In this document: positions 28,276-40,700 of the stretch, one piece after another
Numbering within the stretch: position 1 is the stretch's first letter
Layout: the number at the start of each line of letters is the position of its first letter
Source of the DNA: the human T2T-CHM13v2.0 reference genome, Homo sapiens
Assembly: GCF_009914755.1 (NCBI RefSeq)
Contig: NC_060936.1
Reading direction: 5' to 3' (one strand)
Length of the DNA: 64,000 nucleotides
The notes under the pieces: model-generated
Databases searched by the model: none
What the model saw: the letters and a program-made list of their open reading frames with translations, nothing else
Told to the model about the DNA's origin: nothing
Translations under genes and position numbers: made by a program

Positions 28276-31200
28276 ATTGTTTTTCACATTTTAGTAATAG
28301 CCATTCTGACTGGTGTGAGATGGTACCTCATTGTGGTTTTGATTTGGATTTCTCTAATGATCAGTGATGTTAAGTTTTTATTCACATGCTTCTTGGTCAC
28401 ATGTACGTCTTCTTTTGAGAAGTGTCTGTTCAGGTCTTTTGCCCACTTTTTAATGTGGTTGTTTTTCTCTTGTAAATTCAAGTTCCTTATAGATGTTGGA
28501 TATAAGGCCTTTGTCAGATGCATTGTTTGCAAATATTTTCTTTCATTCTGTAGGTTGTCGATTTACTCTGTTGATATTTTCTTTTCTTGTGCAGGGGCTC
28601 TTAAGTTTAATAGGATCCCATTTGTCAATTTTTGTTTTTGTTTGATTGCTTTTGATGTCTTTGCCATGAAATCTTTGCTCATTCCTAGGTCCAGGATGGT
28701 ATTGCCTAGGTTGTCTTCCAGGGCTTTTACAGGTTTCTTTTTACATTTAGGTCTTTAATCCATTTTGACTTGATTTTTTTATATGGTACAGGGAAGAATT
28801 TCAGATTTGATCTTCTGCAGATAGCTAGCCAGTTATCCCAGTGCTATTTATTAAATACGAAGTCTTGTTCCCATAGCTTGTTTTTGTCAGTTTTGTCAAA
28901 GATTAGATAGTCATAAATGTGTGGCCTTATTTCTGGGATCTCTATTCTGTTCCATTGGTGTATGTACCTGTTTTTATGCCAGTACCATGCTATATTGGTC
29001 ACTGTAGCTCTGTAACATAGTTTGAAGTTGGGTAATGTGATTCCTCTAGCTTTGTTAGCTCTGTTGTTTTCACTTAGTATTACTTTAACTATTAGGGCTC
29101 TTTTTTGGTTCCATATAAATTGTAAAATAAATTTTTCCAGTTCTGTGAAGAATCTCATTGGTAGTTTGATAGGAATAACATTGAATCTGTACATTCCTTT
29201 GGGCAGTACAGCCATTTTAATAATTGATTCTTTGTATCCATGAACATGGGATGTTTTCCCATTTGTTTGTGTCTTCTCTGATCTTTTTGGGAAGTTTTTT
29301 TATAATTCTTATTGTGTAAATTTTTCACTTCCCTCGTTTGCTGTATTCCTAGGTATTTTTTGTGTGTGTGGCAATTGTGAATGGGATTGCCTTCCTGATT
29401 TGATTGTTGTTGGTTTATAGGAATACAAGTGATTTTTGTACATTGATTTTGTATCCTGCAACTTTTCTGAAGTTGTTTATCAGATGAAGGAGCTTTTGAG
29501 CCAAGACTATGGGGTTTTGTAGATAGAGAATATGTCAACTGCAAACAGTTTGACATACTCTATGGTTTTTTGGGCGTCCTTTATTTCTTTCTCTTACCTG
29601 ATTGCTCTGGCCAGGACTTCCAATACTATGTTGAAAAGAAATGGTGACAGAGGGAATCGTTTCCTGTTGCTGGTTTTCAAGAGGAATGCTTCCAGCTTTT
29701 GCCCATTCAGTATGATGTTGGGTGTGGGTTTATCATAGATGGCTCTTATTATTTTTAGTATGTTCCTTCAATATCTAATTTTTTGAAATAGTTTAACATG
29801 AAGGGATGTTGAATTTTTATCAAAAGCCTTTTCTGCATTTATTGAGACAGTCATGTGGTTTTTGTCTTTAGTTCTGTTTATGTGATGAATCATATTTATT
29901 GATTTTTGTATGTTGAACTAACTTTGCATGCCAGGATGAGGCCTATTTGATCATGGTGGATTAGCTTTTTGATGGGCTTGTGGATTCAGTTTGCAAAGGT
30001 TTTGTTGAGGATTTTTGCATCGATGTCCATCAAGGATTTTGGTCTGTAATTTTCTGTTGCTGTTGTGTCTCTGCCAGGTTTTGGTATCAAGATGATGCTG
30101 GCCTCATACAATGAATTAAAGAGAAGTCCTCCTAAACTTTTTGGATTAGTTTCTGTAAAAATGGTAACAGCTCTTCTTTGTACACCTGGTAGAATTTGGC
30201 TGTGAATCCAGCAGGTCTTGGGCTTTTTTGGGTTCATAGGCTATTTATTACTGATTCAATTTTGGAGTTCATTATTGGTCTGTGCAGGGAACAAATTTCT
30301 TCCTGGTTCAGTCTTGGGAGTATCGGGTGAAATTCACCCCCGATATTTCACTTAGGTTCTTTTCTATTTTCCCTAAGTGTCAGCCAGTCTGAGAAATAAA
30401 AAGACAGAGTACAAAAGAGAGAAATTTTAAAGCTGGTGTCTGGGGGAGACATCACATGTTGGCAGGTTCAGTGATGCCCCCTAAGCCATAAAACCAGCAA
30501 GTTCTTATTAGTGATTTTCAAAAGGGGAGGGAGTGTACAAATAGGGTGTGGGTCACAGAGATCACATGCTTCACAAGGTAATAAAATATCAAAAGGCAAA
30601 TGGAGGCAGGGCGAGATCACAGGACCACAAGACCGGGGCAAAATTAAAATTGCTAATGAAGTTTCGGGCATGAATTGTCATGGATAACATCTTATCAGGA
30701 GGCAGGGTTTGAGAGCAGACAACCGGTTTGACCAAAATTTATTAGGCAGGAATTTCCTCATCCTAATAAGCCTGGGAGTGCTACGGGAGACCAGAGCTTA
30801 TTTCATCCCTCAGCTAAGACTGTAAAAGACAGCCGTCCCCAAAGCGGCCATTTCAGAGGCCTCCCCTCAGGGACACATTCTCTTTCTCAGGGATGTTCCT
30901 TGCTGAGAAAAAGAATTCAGTGATATTTCTCCATTTGCTTTTGAAAGAAGAGAAATATGGCTCTGTTCCACCTAGCTAACCAGCAGTCAGAGGTTAAGGT
31001 TATCTCCCTTTTTCCCTAAACATTGCTGTTATCCTGTTCTTTTTTCAAGGTGCCCAGATTTCATATTGTTCAAACACACAGGCTCTACAATTTGTGCAGT
31101 TAATGCAATCATCACAGGGTCCTGAGGCAACATACATCCTCCTCAGCTTATGAAGATGATGGGATTAAGAGATTAACGTAAAGACAGGCATAGGAAATCA

Positions 31201-34200
31201 CAAAGGTATTGATTGGGGAAGTGATAAGTGTCCATGAAATCTTCACAATTTATGTTCAGAGATTGCAGTAAAGACAGGCATAAGAAATTATAAAAGTATT
31301 AATTTGGGGAACTAATAAATGTCCATGAAATCTTCACAATTTATGTTCTTCTGCCATGGCTTCAGCTGGTCCCTCCGTTTGGGGTCTCTGACTTCCAGCA
31401 GCAGGGAGGGTGTATGTGTCCAGGAATTTATCTATCTCTTCTAGGTTTTCTAGTTTGTCTGCACAGAGGTGTTTACAGTGGTTCTGATGGCTGTTTCCAT
31501 TTCTGTAGGGTAAGTAATAACATTCCTTTAAATCATTTCTAATTGTGTTTATTTGGATCTTCTCTCTTTTCTTCTTAATTAGTCTACCTAGTGGCCTATT
31601 TTATAATTATTTTTAATTCCAACTCCCAAATTCATTGATCTTTTGAATGGTTTTTTGTGTCTTAATTTCCTTCAGTTCAGCTCTGATTTGTGTTATTCCT
31701 TATCTTCTGCTAGCTTCGGGGTTGATTTGTTCTTTTTTCTCTAATTCTTTCAATTTTGAATTTAGATTGTTAATTTGAGGCCTTACAAACTTTTTGATGT
31801 GGGCATTTAGTGCTATGAATTTCCCTCTTACTACTGCCTTAGTTGTGTCTCAGAGATTCTGGTTTGTTGTATCTTTGTTCTTATTATTTTTATAGAACTT
31901 CTTGATTTCAGACTTAAATTTATCTAAAAGTCATCCAGGAGCATGATGTTTAATTTCCATGTAATTGTATGCTTTAATAATTTTCATTGTGTTGACTTTT
32001 ATTTTTATTGCACTGTGGCCTGAGAGTGTGTTTGGTATGATTTTGGTTATTTTACATTTGTTGAGGATTGTTTTATATCCAATTATGTGGTTGATTATAG
32101 AGTATGTGCCGTGTGGCTATGAAAAGAATGTATATTCTCTTATTTGGGGATGGACACTTCTGTAAAGGTCTACCAGATCCATTTGGTCCAATGCTAAGTT
32201 TAGGTCCTAAATATCTTCATTAATTTTCTGCCTGTATGATCTAATACTGTCAGTGGAGTGTTGATGTCACTCACTATTATTGGGTGGGAGTGTATGTCTA
32301 TTTGTAGGTCTCTAAGAACTTGCCTCATGAATCCAGACATTCCTGTATTGGGTGCATATCTATTTGGGATTGTTAGGTCTTCTTGTTAAATTGAATACTT
32401 TACCATTATGTTATATCCTTGCTTGTCTTTTTTTTAAAAAACTTTCATTTGTTTGAAACTTGTTTTGTCTGAAATTAGGATTGCAACCCCCCTTTTTTCT
32501 GTTTTCCATTTGCTTGGTAGATTTTTCTCCATTTATTTATTTTGAGCCTATGAGTGTCATTAAATTTGAGACGGGTCTCTTGAAGACAGAATACCATTGG
32601 GTCTTGCTTTTTTATCCTGCTTGCCATTCTGTGCCATTTAATTGTGTCATTTAGCCCATTTACATTCAAGATTAATATTGATATGTGTGGATTTGATCCT
32701 GTCATTGTGCTGTTAGCTTGTTATTATGTTGTCTTGTTTGTGTTGTTGCTTTACAGTGACACTGGTCTCTGTGTTTCAGGGTTTTTTTTATTAGCTGGTA
32801 GTGGTGTTCTTTTCTATACTAAGTGCCGCTTTCAAGATCTCTTGTAAGGCAGATCTGGTGATAATAAATTCCCTCAACATTTGCTTACCTGAAAAAAATC
32901 TTCCTTCTCCTTCACTTAAAAAGCTTAATTTGGTTGGATATGAAATTCTTGGCTGAAGATTTTTTTCTTTAAGAATGTTGAATATAGGCCTCCAATCTCT
33001 TCTAATTTGTAAGAACTCAGCTGACAGATCTGCTGTTACCGTGATAGAAATCCCTTTGTACGTGACCTGCCCTTTCTCTCTGGCTGCCTTTAACATTCTT
33101 TCTTTTATTTCAATCTTGGGAAATCTGATGATTATATATCTTGGAGATGATCTTGTGTAGAATCTTGCATGAGTTCTCTGTATTTCCTGAATATGTCTGT
33201 TGGCCTCTCTAGCAAGGTTGGGAAAGAGTTCATGAATGATATTCTGAAATATACTTTCCAAGTTGTTTGCTTTCTGGCTCTCCCTTTCAGGGATTCCAGT
33301 GATTTACAGATTTAACCTCTTTTTATAATCCCATACTTCTCAGGGGTTTTGTTCATTTCTTTTTATGCTTTTTCTTTATTTTTGTCTGACTGTATTATTT
33401 CAGAAAACCAGTCTTCAAGTTCTGAAACTCTTCCCTCAGACTAGTATATTCTGCTGATAATCCTTGTGATTGCATTGTGAGATTCTTGTATTGCGTTATT
33501 CAGCTCTGTCAGACCCATTAAATTCTTTCTAATACTGGTTATTTCATCCTTCAGCTCCTGTATCACATTATTGTGATTCTTATTTTCCTTGGATTGGGTT
33601 TTGTCTTCCTCCCAAATCTCAATAATCTTTGTTTCTGCCATATACTGTATTCTGTCATTCTAGCCAGTTCAACCTTGTTAAGAACTCTTGTTGGAAAACT
33701 GCTGTAGTCTTTTGGAGGAAATATGATATTCTGGCCATTTGAGTTATTGCATTTGTTCTTTCTCATCTCTGTATGTGGGTGTTTCTTTAACTGCAGTGTA
33801 TATTAGGCACAGTAAATAGACTTCCTTTCTGGATGTTTTCACCAGGGAGAGCCTTTGTGTAGGGTATTTATTTGAAGCTGACTTTGTGTCTCTGGCTTCA
33901 AAGGGGGTTATGTTAGTGAGGCATTTTTGGTGTTGAAGTTTTGGGGTGTAATCCAGCAGGTGACACTTATGCTTATTGGTCAGTTGATAGACTGTTGCTC
34001 AATTATATGTTTCCCCTATGTTTCCTCACAGTTGCAGCCATGTTCCCTCTCAGTGTTCTGAAGATGTAGGTTCCTTGTGCCCTTCAGTCCTGGCTACAGT
34101 TCAAAACTTGGCATTCCTGAGCTGCCAACTGCAGCCCTGGTGGAATCTCAGTGTTTATATTCCTTTCCCAGTTTAGAGGTAGCACTGAAGAGATCTTAGT

Positions 34201-34478
34201 AGTGGTTGTGGCCAAGAGTCAACCTCTGGGGGTTCCATCCCAGAGAGATGCAGGTCAGCAAACACTCAGTGCAGTCAGCCCAAGATGGAGGGTTTGTGCA
34301 TTTGTGGGACCCATGGAAGTCTAACTGGGTTTCTCTCCTTGGGTTGACTGCATCTTGTTGGAGGTATGGATAAGGCACTTAGGATCTTTGCTCCTTCATT
34401 AGTCCAAGAGTGGCAAGGGCAGTTCTACTGCAGAGGCCAGTGGCAGAGAGGTTTTCAGTTGCTCCTGGAGGCTTTGTC
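28276..34478 (-). mobile_element. Old primate L1 (near full length, 3' end missing, many stops)
   Basis: ORF1 and ORF2 fragments in the ORF track (e.g. 32791-33261, 28844-29215, 28284-28532). Confidence 0.9.
30321..31403 (-). mobile_element. MER11 (HERV-K11/HML-8) solo LTR inserted in L1 ORF2
   Basis: Minus strand begins TGCTGCTGGAAGTCAGAGACCCCAAACGGAGGGACCAGCTGAAGCCATGGCAGAAG; TSD GGGAG; L1 sequence resumes on both sides. Confidence 0.88.
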
Positions 34479-35862
34479 CAAGATTAGCATTAAGAATTTA
34501 AATTTACATTTCTAGATTATACCTTCTTTTAAAAATTAATTTAAAGAAAAGCTTATAATTTTAACTTGTATTTCTTACTACCATAATGCACTATGCTTCT
34601 TTGTTAAGAAAAACATGATAATTATAATACCATTGTATCTATGCACATATGTAGTTTTGGCTTAATTTTTTATTATTTTACTTTATTTTCTGATTTTTAA
34701 ATATTTTTACTATTGTCGAACATAACATAGTTATGAAAAGTAACAAAACTTAAATACACAGTTAGGGAAAAAATTATAAGTTTATCTCCCATGTTTACTA
34801 CATCTTGGCCAAAAAATAAAATTTGCCAAAAATCCAGACACTCCCCATATATACCTTCTTGTTGATATTGTTTCTCTTTAGTTTTCTTCCTCCCACATAT
34901 CCCAGTTGTTATGATAATCACTTATATGTTTCGTTTTAGAGTTTTGCCACCAATGTAATAAATTACAATGTATTAAAATATATTTTTGCAAACTTCATAT
35001 AAATTGAATTATATTGAATATTTTTTCAATATTGATAATTCCTCTCACATCTGTATTAGCTATTTAGCTCAAATTTGTTCATTTTCTTTGTTATATAAAT
35101 TCTTTGTAAACATGTCACTCTGGTTTGCTTTTTAATTGCTGTATAGTACTCTACCGCATAAGTATGCCATAATTTATTTATCATTTTATCACTGATGGAC
35201 ATTTGGGAGACTTCTCAACTTGAGCTATTAAAACACAGTGATACACACTTTTTTCATATGTATTCCAGTAGGAGTACAAATATTGGGTCTTATGAGGTGA
35301 TCCTCCATCATAATCAGATTATGTCATACTCAGCCAAAGGAATTCTTTCAATTGATAATCCTAGGAGAAGTGTCTGAAAATTGTCAGTGCCTCATGCCCT
35401 TTTCAAAATTAGAAACATCAAAGAATAATTTTTGCACTTTTATATTTATATAAAATATTATTAAACTTAACATTTTACAGTTTAAATTCACATTTGAAAT
35501 GTAACTGTAGTTTAAAAATTACATATTACTCTTTTTTCATTCTACGACTCTGATTTCATATACATTTCTTAAGAATAAATTATATATTTAATATACTTAT
35601 TTGTATTATGTTGTTAACTTTTCTAATCTTTTTTCTTGAAGTTTCAAATTCTCTTTTGTTATCAGCAAGTAGAGTCATACCAGAGATATTTTCTTCAATC
35701 AAACATTATGTCAAATGACTTTGAGAAAATATGATTAGCTATCAGCATATTGTAAGGGAAAATTAGATTGTTTAGATTGTTTAACAACCCTTGAAAGAAC
35801 TCATTAAAAAAGTGTTAAAATATTAAAATGATTATACATTTAATATAGGCATCATAGGAAAA

Positions 35863-35919
35863 TACAAATTCTATCATTACTAGTTTGGAAAAAAAAAAGA
35901 TTGGTAGTAAACTTCCCAT
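35863..35919 (-). pseudogene. TAS2R stub A: ATG plus ~18 codons, rest of CDS deleted
   Basis: MGSLLPIFF(fs)SKLVMIEFV; upstream ~900 bp is homologous to the TAS2R15P upstream region. Confidence 0.75.
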
Positions 35920-36228
35920 GTCTGAACAAACACACATTAAAAAAGGGCAAGCCCAGTATCACTGGTCATGATCCCCTTTAAGGTCTTGATCTTAAACTCT
36001 CTGCGATCCTGATTTCTGAATGTTCAGTAAAATTCTTGGTTCTTCTAAATTCAATTCTGGGACCAATGTCAAATAGGAAAGCGCTAGGGCATACTAATGG
36101 ATGAGTTCAATGCTGCCTTTATGGAAAAAATGTAATTTTCAAAACGGCTCAAATTACCTACTATTTAAACAACGTCTCTTCTTGCTATAGGCTTTTTTCA
36201 TAATAATTTTGAAGTAAAAGCTGATTTC

Positions 36229-36250
36229 TCATTTGCAAGCATGCAAATGA
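36229..36250. promoter_or_regulatory. Octamer-containing inverted repeat upstream of stub A
   Basis: TCATTTGCA-AGCA-TGCAAATGA. Confidence 0.55.
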
Positions 36251-37217
36251 AGACATATTCTCTTTCACTGTTTTGCAATATTTTCCTCGTGTAGTCATAA
36301 TTTGTGTTCAGCAACATCACTTGCTATGGAAATTTTTAAACCCAATACATAGATCATATATTGGATGTCTAAATTTCTGAAGGAAGCTTGATCATAACTT
36401 GTATCATGACTGCTGTTAATTTATTTTTCTCAATACCAGATACATGTAAACAGAATCTAAATTTTTCCTATCAAAAGCATTCAAGATTTTCTTGGGAAGA
36501 CATATACACCCATACACATATACATATACCCCACATGAATGGGAATAGTTTTTGTCCTACAGTTTCCAAAATGGAAAATAAATTTTAGGGATGTCACATG
36601 CAGGTTGAAATGGCCCTATTTTCCTACTCATAATTTTCAGCCCATTTTCAATATTTATCGAACTGATCTCGCATCCTTAGGCTTTTAAGGAAGTCATTCT
36701 CTTAAGTCAATTTGATATACAAATATGAATTATTTAATTAAATATTCAGCATTTTTGTAAATATTCCTTGAGCACTTAAAAAATGTGTTTTCGATTGAAG
36801 AATATTGACTTCTCTGTATATGAATATTTGGATATTTTTCTTTCATTTTGACTTATTTTTATTATTTAATGGTTTAAGATTAACAGATGTTAAAATCAGT
36901 CTCCAATGTTGGGTTTTATTCATTCTCAGTTTTTACAGTATAATTGTTTCTAAGAAAGGATCTTGGAGTCAGACTGCCAGGAAAGGAAATCCAGTTCTCT
37001 GCTTCATATAGGTATGATCCGAGAATCTATTTTACAACAGCCTTAGGATAGCTATCTATTAAATGCAGATGATAATAATACCCTCTTTGGATAGTCTTTA
37101 TGAAGAGTTAGTACACATTTGTATAACTGATTTCAATATCACCTGTCTGGTTCAGGCACGAAACAAGGATTGCTCGTGTTTTATTTGATCTTGTGTTACT
37201 TGATACAGAGAGGTTAC

Positions 37218-37284
37218 CTGTGAAAACTTCCACTTTTGAATAGATCTAATAGGTTCAAGAAAGCAAGATGTCCTTCTGCAACAA
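37218..37284 (-). other. Candidate 67-nt exon (copy A)
   Basis: Minus strand TTTATTTATCTTATGCTAG|TTG...TTCACAG|GTAACC. Confidence 0.4.
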
Positions 37285-37774
37285 CTAGCATAAGATAAAT
37301 AAAGGGGCCAAAATTATGTTTGTATTCATCAAAGAGCTTGCAAGCAATAAGGACCACCTGAAATGAAATCCAGCACAAGGCGAGTCTTTACGTGTGAAGA
37401 GCAATTTATAATGCAACCCTCATCACGTCACAGAAAGCTTTTTCTGCAGAAAATGTAAAACTACTCCAAAAATATGCCTGGAAATGCCAAGTGATTAGGC
37501 CAATAAAATAATTTTTTTTTAAATACAAAGTTGGAGGATTAGTTTCTCATTTCAAAGTTTACTGCAAGTTTACTGGACTAAATCAAGACACTGTGGTAAT
37601 TGCACTATGAGAGACAAAAAGAACAATGAAACACAATTGACTGTCCAGAAATTAGTAATGACATTCATGGTCAGCTGATTTTTAAAATCATACAATTGCA
37701 ATTCAATAGGAATTAATCATTTTTCTCAACAAATGATTCTGGGAAAATTAAATATCCACATGCATAAAGATGAA

Positions 37775-40700
37775 TTTAGGCTACTGCCAATGCCCGCATG
37801 GAAGCTGGCAGCCTTGGGCCAGCCTGCACCCCATCCCGGTCCAAGAGCCTATACCCTGCCACACTGCTGCTGCTGGCATGTGTTAACAAGCTTGCGTTAC
37901 ACTGTCACTATTCAATGAAGAGCTTTGGCTGGTACCATCCTTCAGAGTGTTGTGGCCAGCAATTCAGGAACACAATGTCCCTTCCAGCACAGCAGATTCC
38001 CAATGTTGAGGTGCCAGAGAACAAAGTCCGGTGTCCAAAACTAGACCCCAGACTTAGAGTTAGAAATCTTTTCCCCCCTAAAATCTACCAGAAACAAACT
38101 CATTTGATGGAATCCACAGTGAAACCCCAAAGTGTGTCAAAGAAGATAAAAACAGAAAAAAAAAAATCCAAAGAATGGCAACTTCGAAGACTGAAGAATA
38201 TCAGCCCACAGAGATGAGAAAGAATCAGCACAATAACTGTGGCAACTCAAAAAGCCAGAGTATCTTCTTACCTCCAAATGACCACGCTAGTTCCCTCCCA
38301 TGCTGAAAAGGCAGAAATATGATTCAGACCATGGATAGGAACAAAGATCAATGAAATTCAGGAGAAAGTCAAAACACAATCCAAAGATTCTGAGGAACGC
38401 CATAAAATGATACAGAAGACACAAACAAAATGGTCATTTTAAGAAAAAATCCAACTGATCTGATAGAGCTGAAAACATCACTTCACGAATTTTGGAATAC
38501 TAATGCAAGTGTTAACAACAGAATCAACAAAGCTGGGGAAAGAATCTCAGAGCTCAAGAGTAGTCCTCTGAAATTACTCAGTCAGGCAAAAATAAAGAAA
38601 AATAATGAAGAAGAATGCACAAAACCTCCAAGAAATATAATATTTTGTTAACAGACTAAATATATGACTCATTGGCATCCATGAAATACAGGAATAGAAG
38701 GCAAACAACTTGGAAAACCTATTTCAGGATATAGTCCATAAAAATTTCCTCAACCTTGTTAGAGAGGCCAGCATTCAAATTCAGGAAATGCAGAGAACCC
38801 CTACGAAATACTACACAAGAAGAATATACCCAAGACACATAGTCATCAGATTCTCCAAGGCGAAAATGAAAGAAAAAGTGCCATAGGCATCTAGAGAGAA
38901 AGGGCAGGTCACCTACAAAGGGAACAGCATTGAGCTAACAGTGGACCTGTTAGCAGAAACTCTACAACCAGGAAGAGATGGGGGCTCATATTCAGAAATT
39001 TTTTGAAAAAGAATGTCCGACCAAGAATTTCATATCCAGCCAAACTAAACTTCATAAGTGAAGGAGAAATAGGATCTTTTTCAGACAAACAAATGCTAAG
39101 GGATTTGATTACCACCAGACCCACCTCACAAGAGGTCCTGAATGGATTGCTAATCATAGAAAAGAAAGATCATTATCAGCCATAACAAAATCACACTTAA
39201 GGCCATAGACCAGTATACTATAAAGTAACCACAGAAACCAGTCTGCATGATAAGCAGCTAACAACATAATGAAAGGATCAAATTCCCACATATCAATACT
39301 AACCTCGAATGTAAACAGGTTAAACACCCCAACTAAAAGGCACATAGAGGCAATTTGGATAAAGAAGCAAGACGCAATGGTATAGTGTCTTCAAGAGACT
39401 CACTTACATGCAGTGATACCCATAAGCTCAAATTTAAAAGATGGAGAAAAATCTACCAAGCAAATGGAAAATAGAAGCAGGGTTGCTATTCTAACTTCTT
39501 TTTGTTTGTTTGTTTGTTTTGAGTCAGGGTCTCACTCTGTTGCCCAGGCCATAGTGCAGTGGCGCAATCTCAGCCTACCACAACCTCTACCTCCTGGTCT
39601 CAAGAAATCCTCCCAACTCAGCCTTGCAAGTACCTGGGACCACATGTGTGCACCACCATGACTGGCTAATTTTTGTATTTGTTTTTTTCTTGATAGAGAC
39701 AGGATTTTGCCATGTTGCTCAGGCTGGTCTCAAACTCCTGGGGTCAAGTGATCCACCCACCTCAGCCTCCTGAAGTGCTGGTATTACAAGTCTGAGCCAT
39801 GGCACCTGACCTTGATAATCTACTTTCATACAAAACTGTCTTTAACCAGCAAAGATCAAGAAGAAACAGAAGGGCATTGCATAATTGAAAAAGGCTCAAT
39901 TCACCAGGAAGACATTACTATTCTAAATGTATATGCACCTGACAAAAGAACACCCAGATTCAGAAAGCAAGTTCTCAGAGACCTATTAAAAGATTTAGAA
40001 AATCACACAATAATAGCAAGAGATTTCAACACCCCACCAACAGCACTAGACAGAACATCAAGGCAGAAAACTAACAAAGTTATTCAGGACCTGAAATAGA
40101 CACTTAACCAAATGAACCTAATAGACATCCACAAAACAGTTCACCCCAAAACAACAGAATACACATTCTTCTCATCTGCACATGGCATATAATCTAAAAT
40201 CAGCCACACAACCTAACATAAAACAATTCCTAGCAAATATGAAAAAAAGAAAACCATACCAACCACATTCTTGGACCACAGCACAATAAAAATATAAATA
40301 AATACTAAGAAAATACCTTAAAACCATATAATTACATAGAAATTAAACAACCCTCTCCTGAATGACTTTTGGGTACATATTGAAATTAAGGCAGAAATCA
40401 AGAAATTTTTTGAACATAATGAGAACAAAGATACAACATACCAGAATCTCTGGGATATGGATAAGGCAGTGTTAAGAGGAAAGTTCGTAGCAATAAACAC
40501 TCACATCAAAAAGTTAGAATGATCTCAAATTAATAACATAACTTCACAAGAGAAACTAAACAAACAAGAGCAAACCAATGCCAAAGCTAGCAAAAGACAA
40601 TAAATAACCAAAATCAGAGCTGAACTGAAGGAAATTGTGATTAAAAAAAACATACAAAAGGTCAGTGAATCCAGGATTTGATGTTTTTAAAAAATTAATA

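Noticed and set aside
34697-34921. Similar short ORFs at 34697-34921 and 56035-56271
   Set aside because: Similarity is explained by the duplication; they lie in old L1M-like sequence with differing starts and no coding signature.
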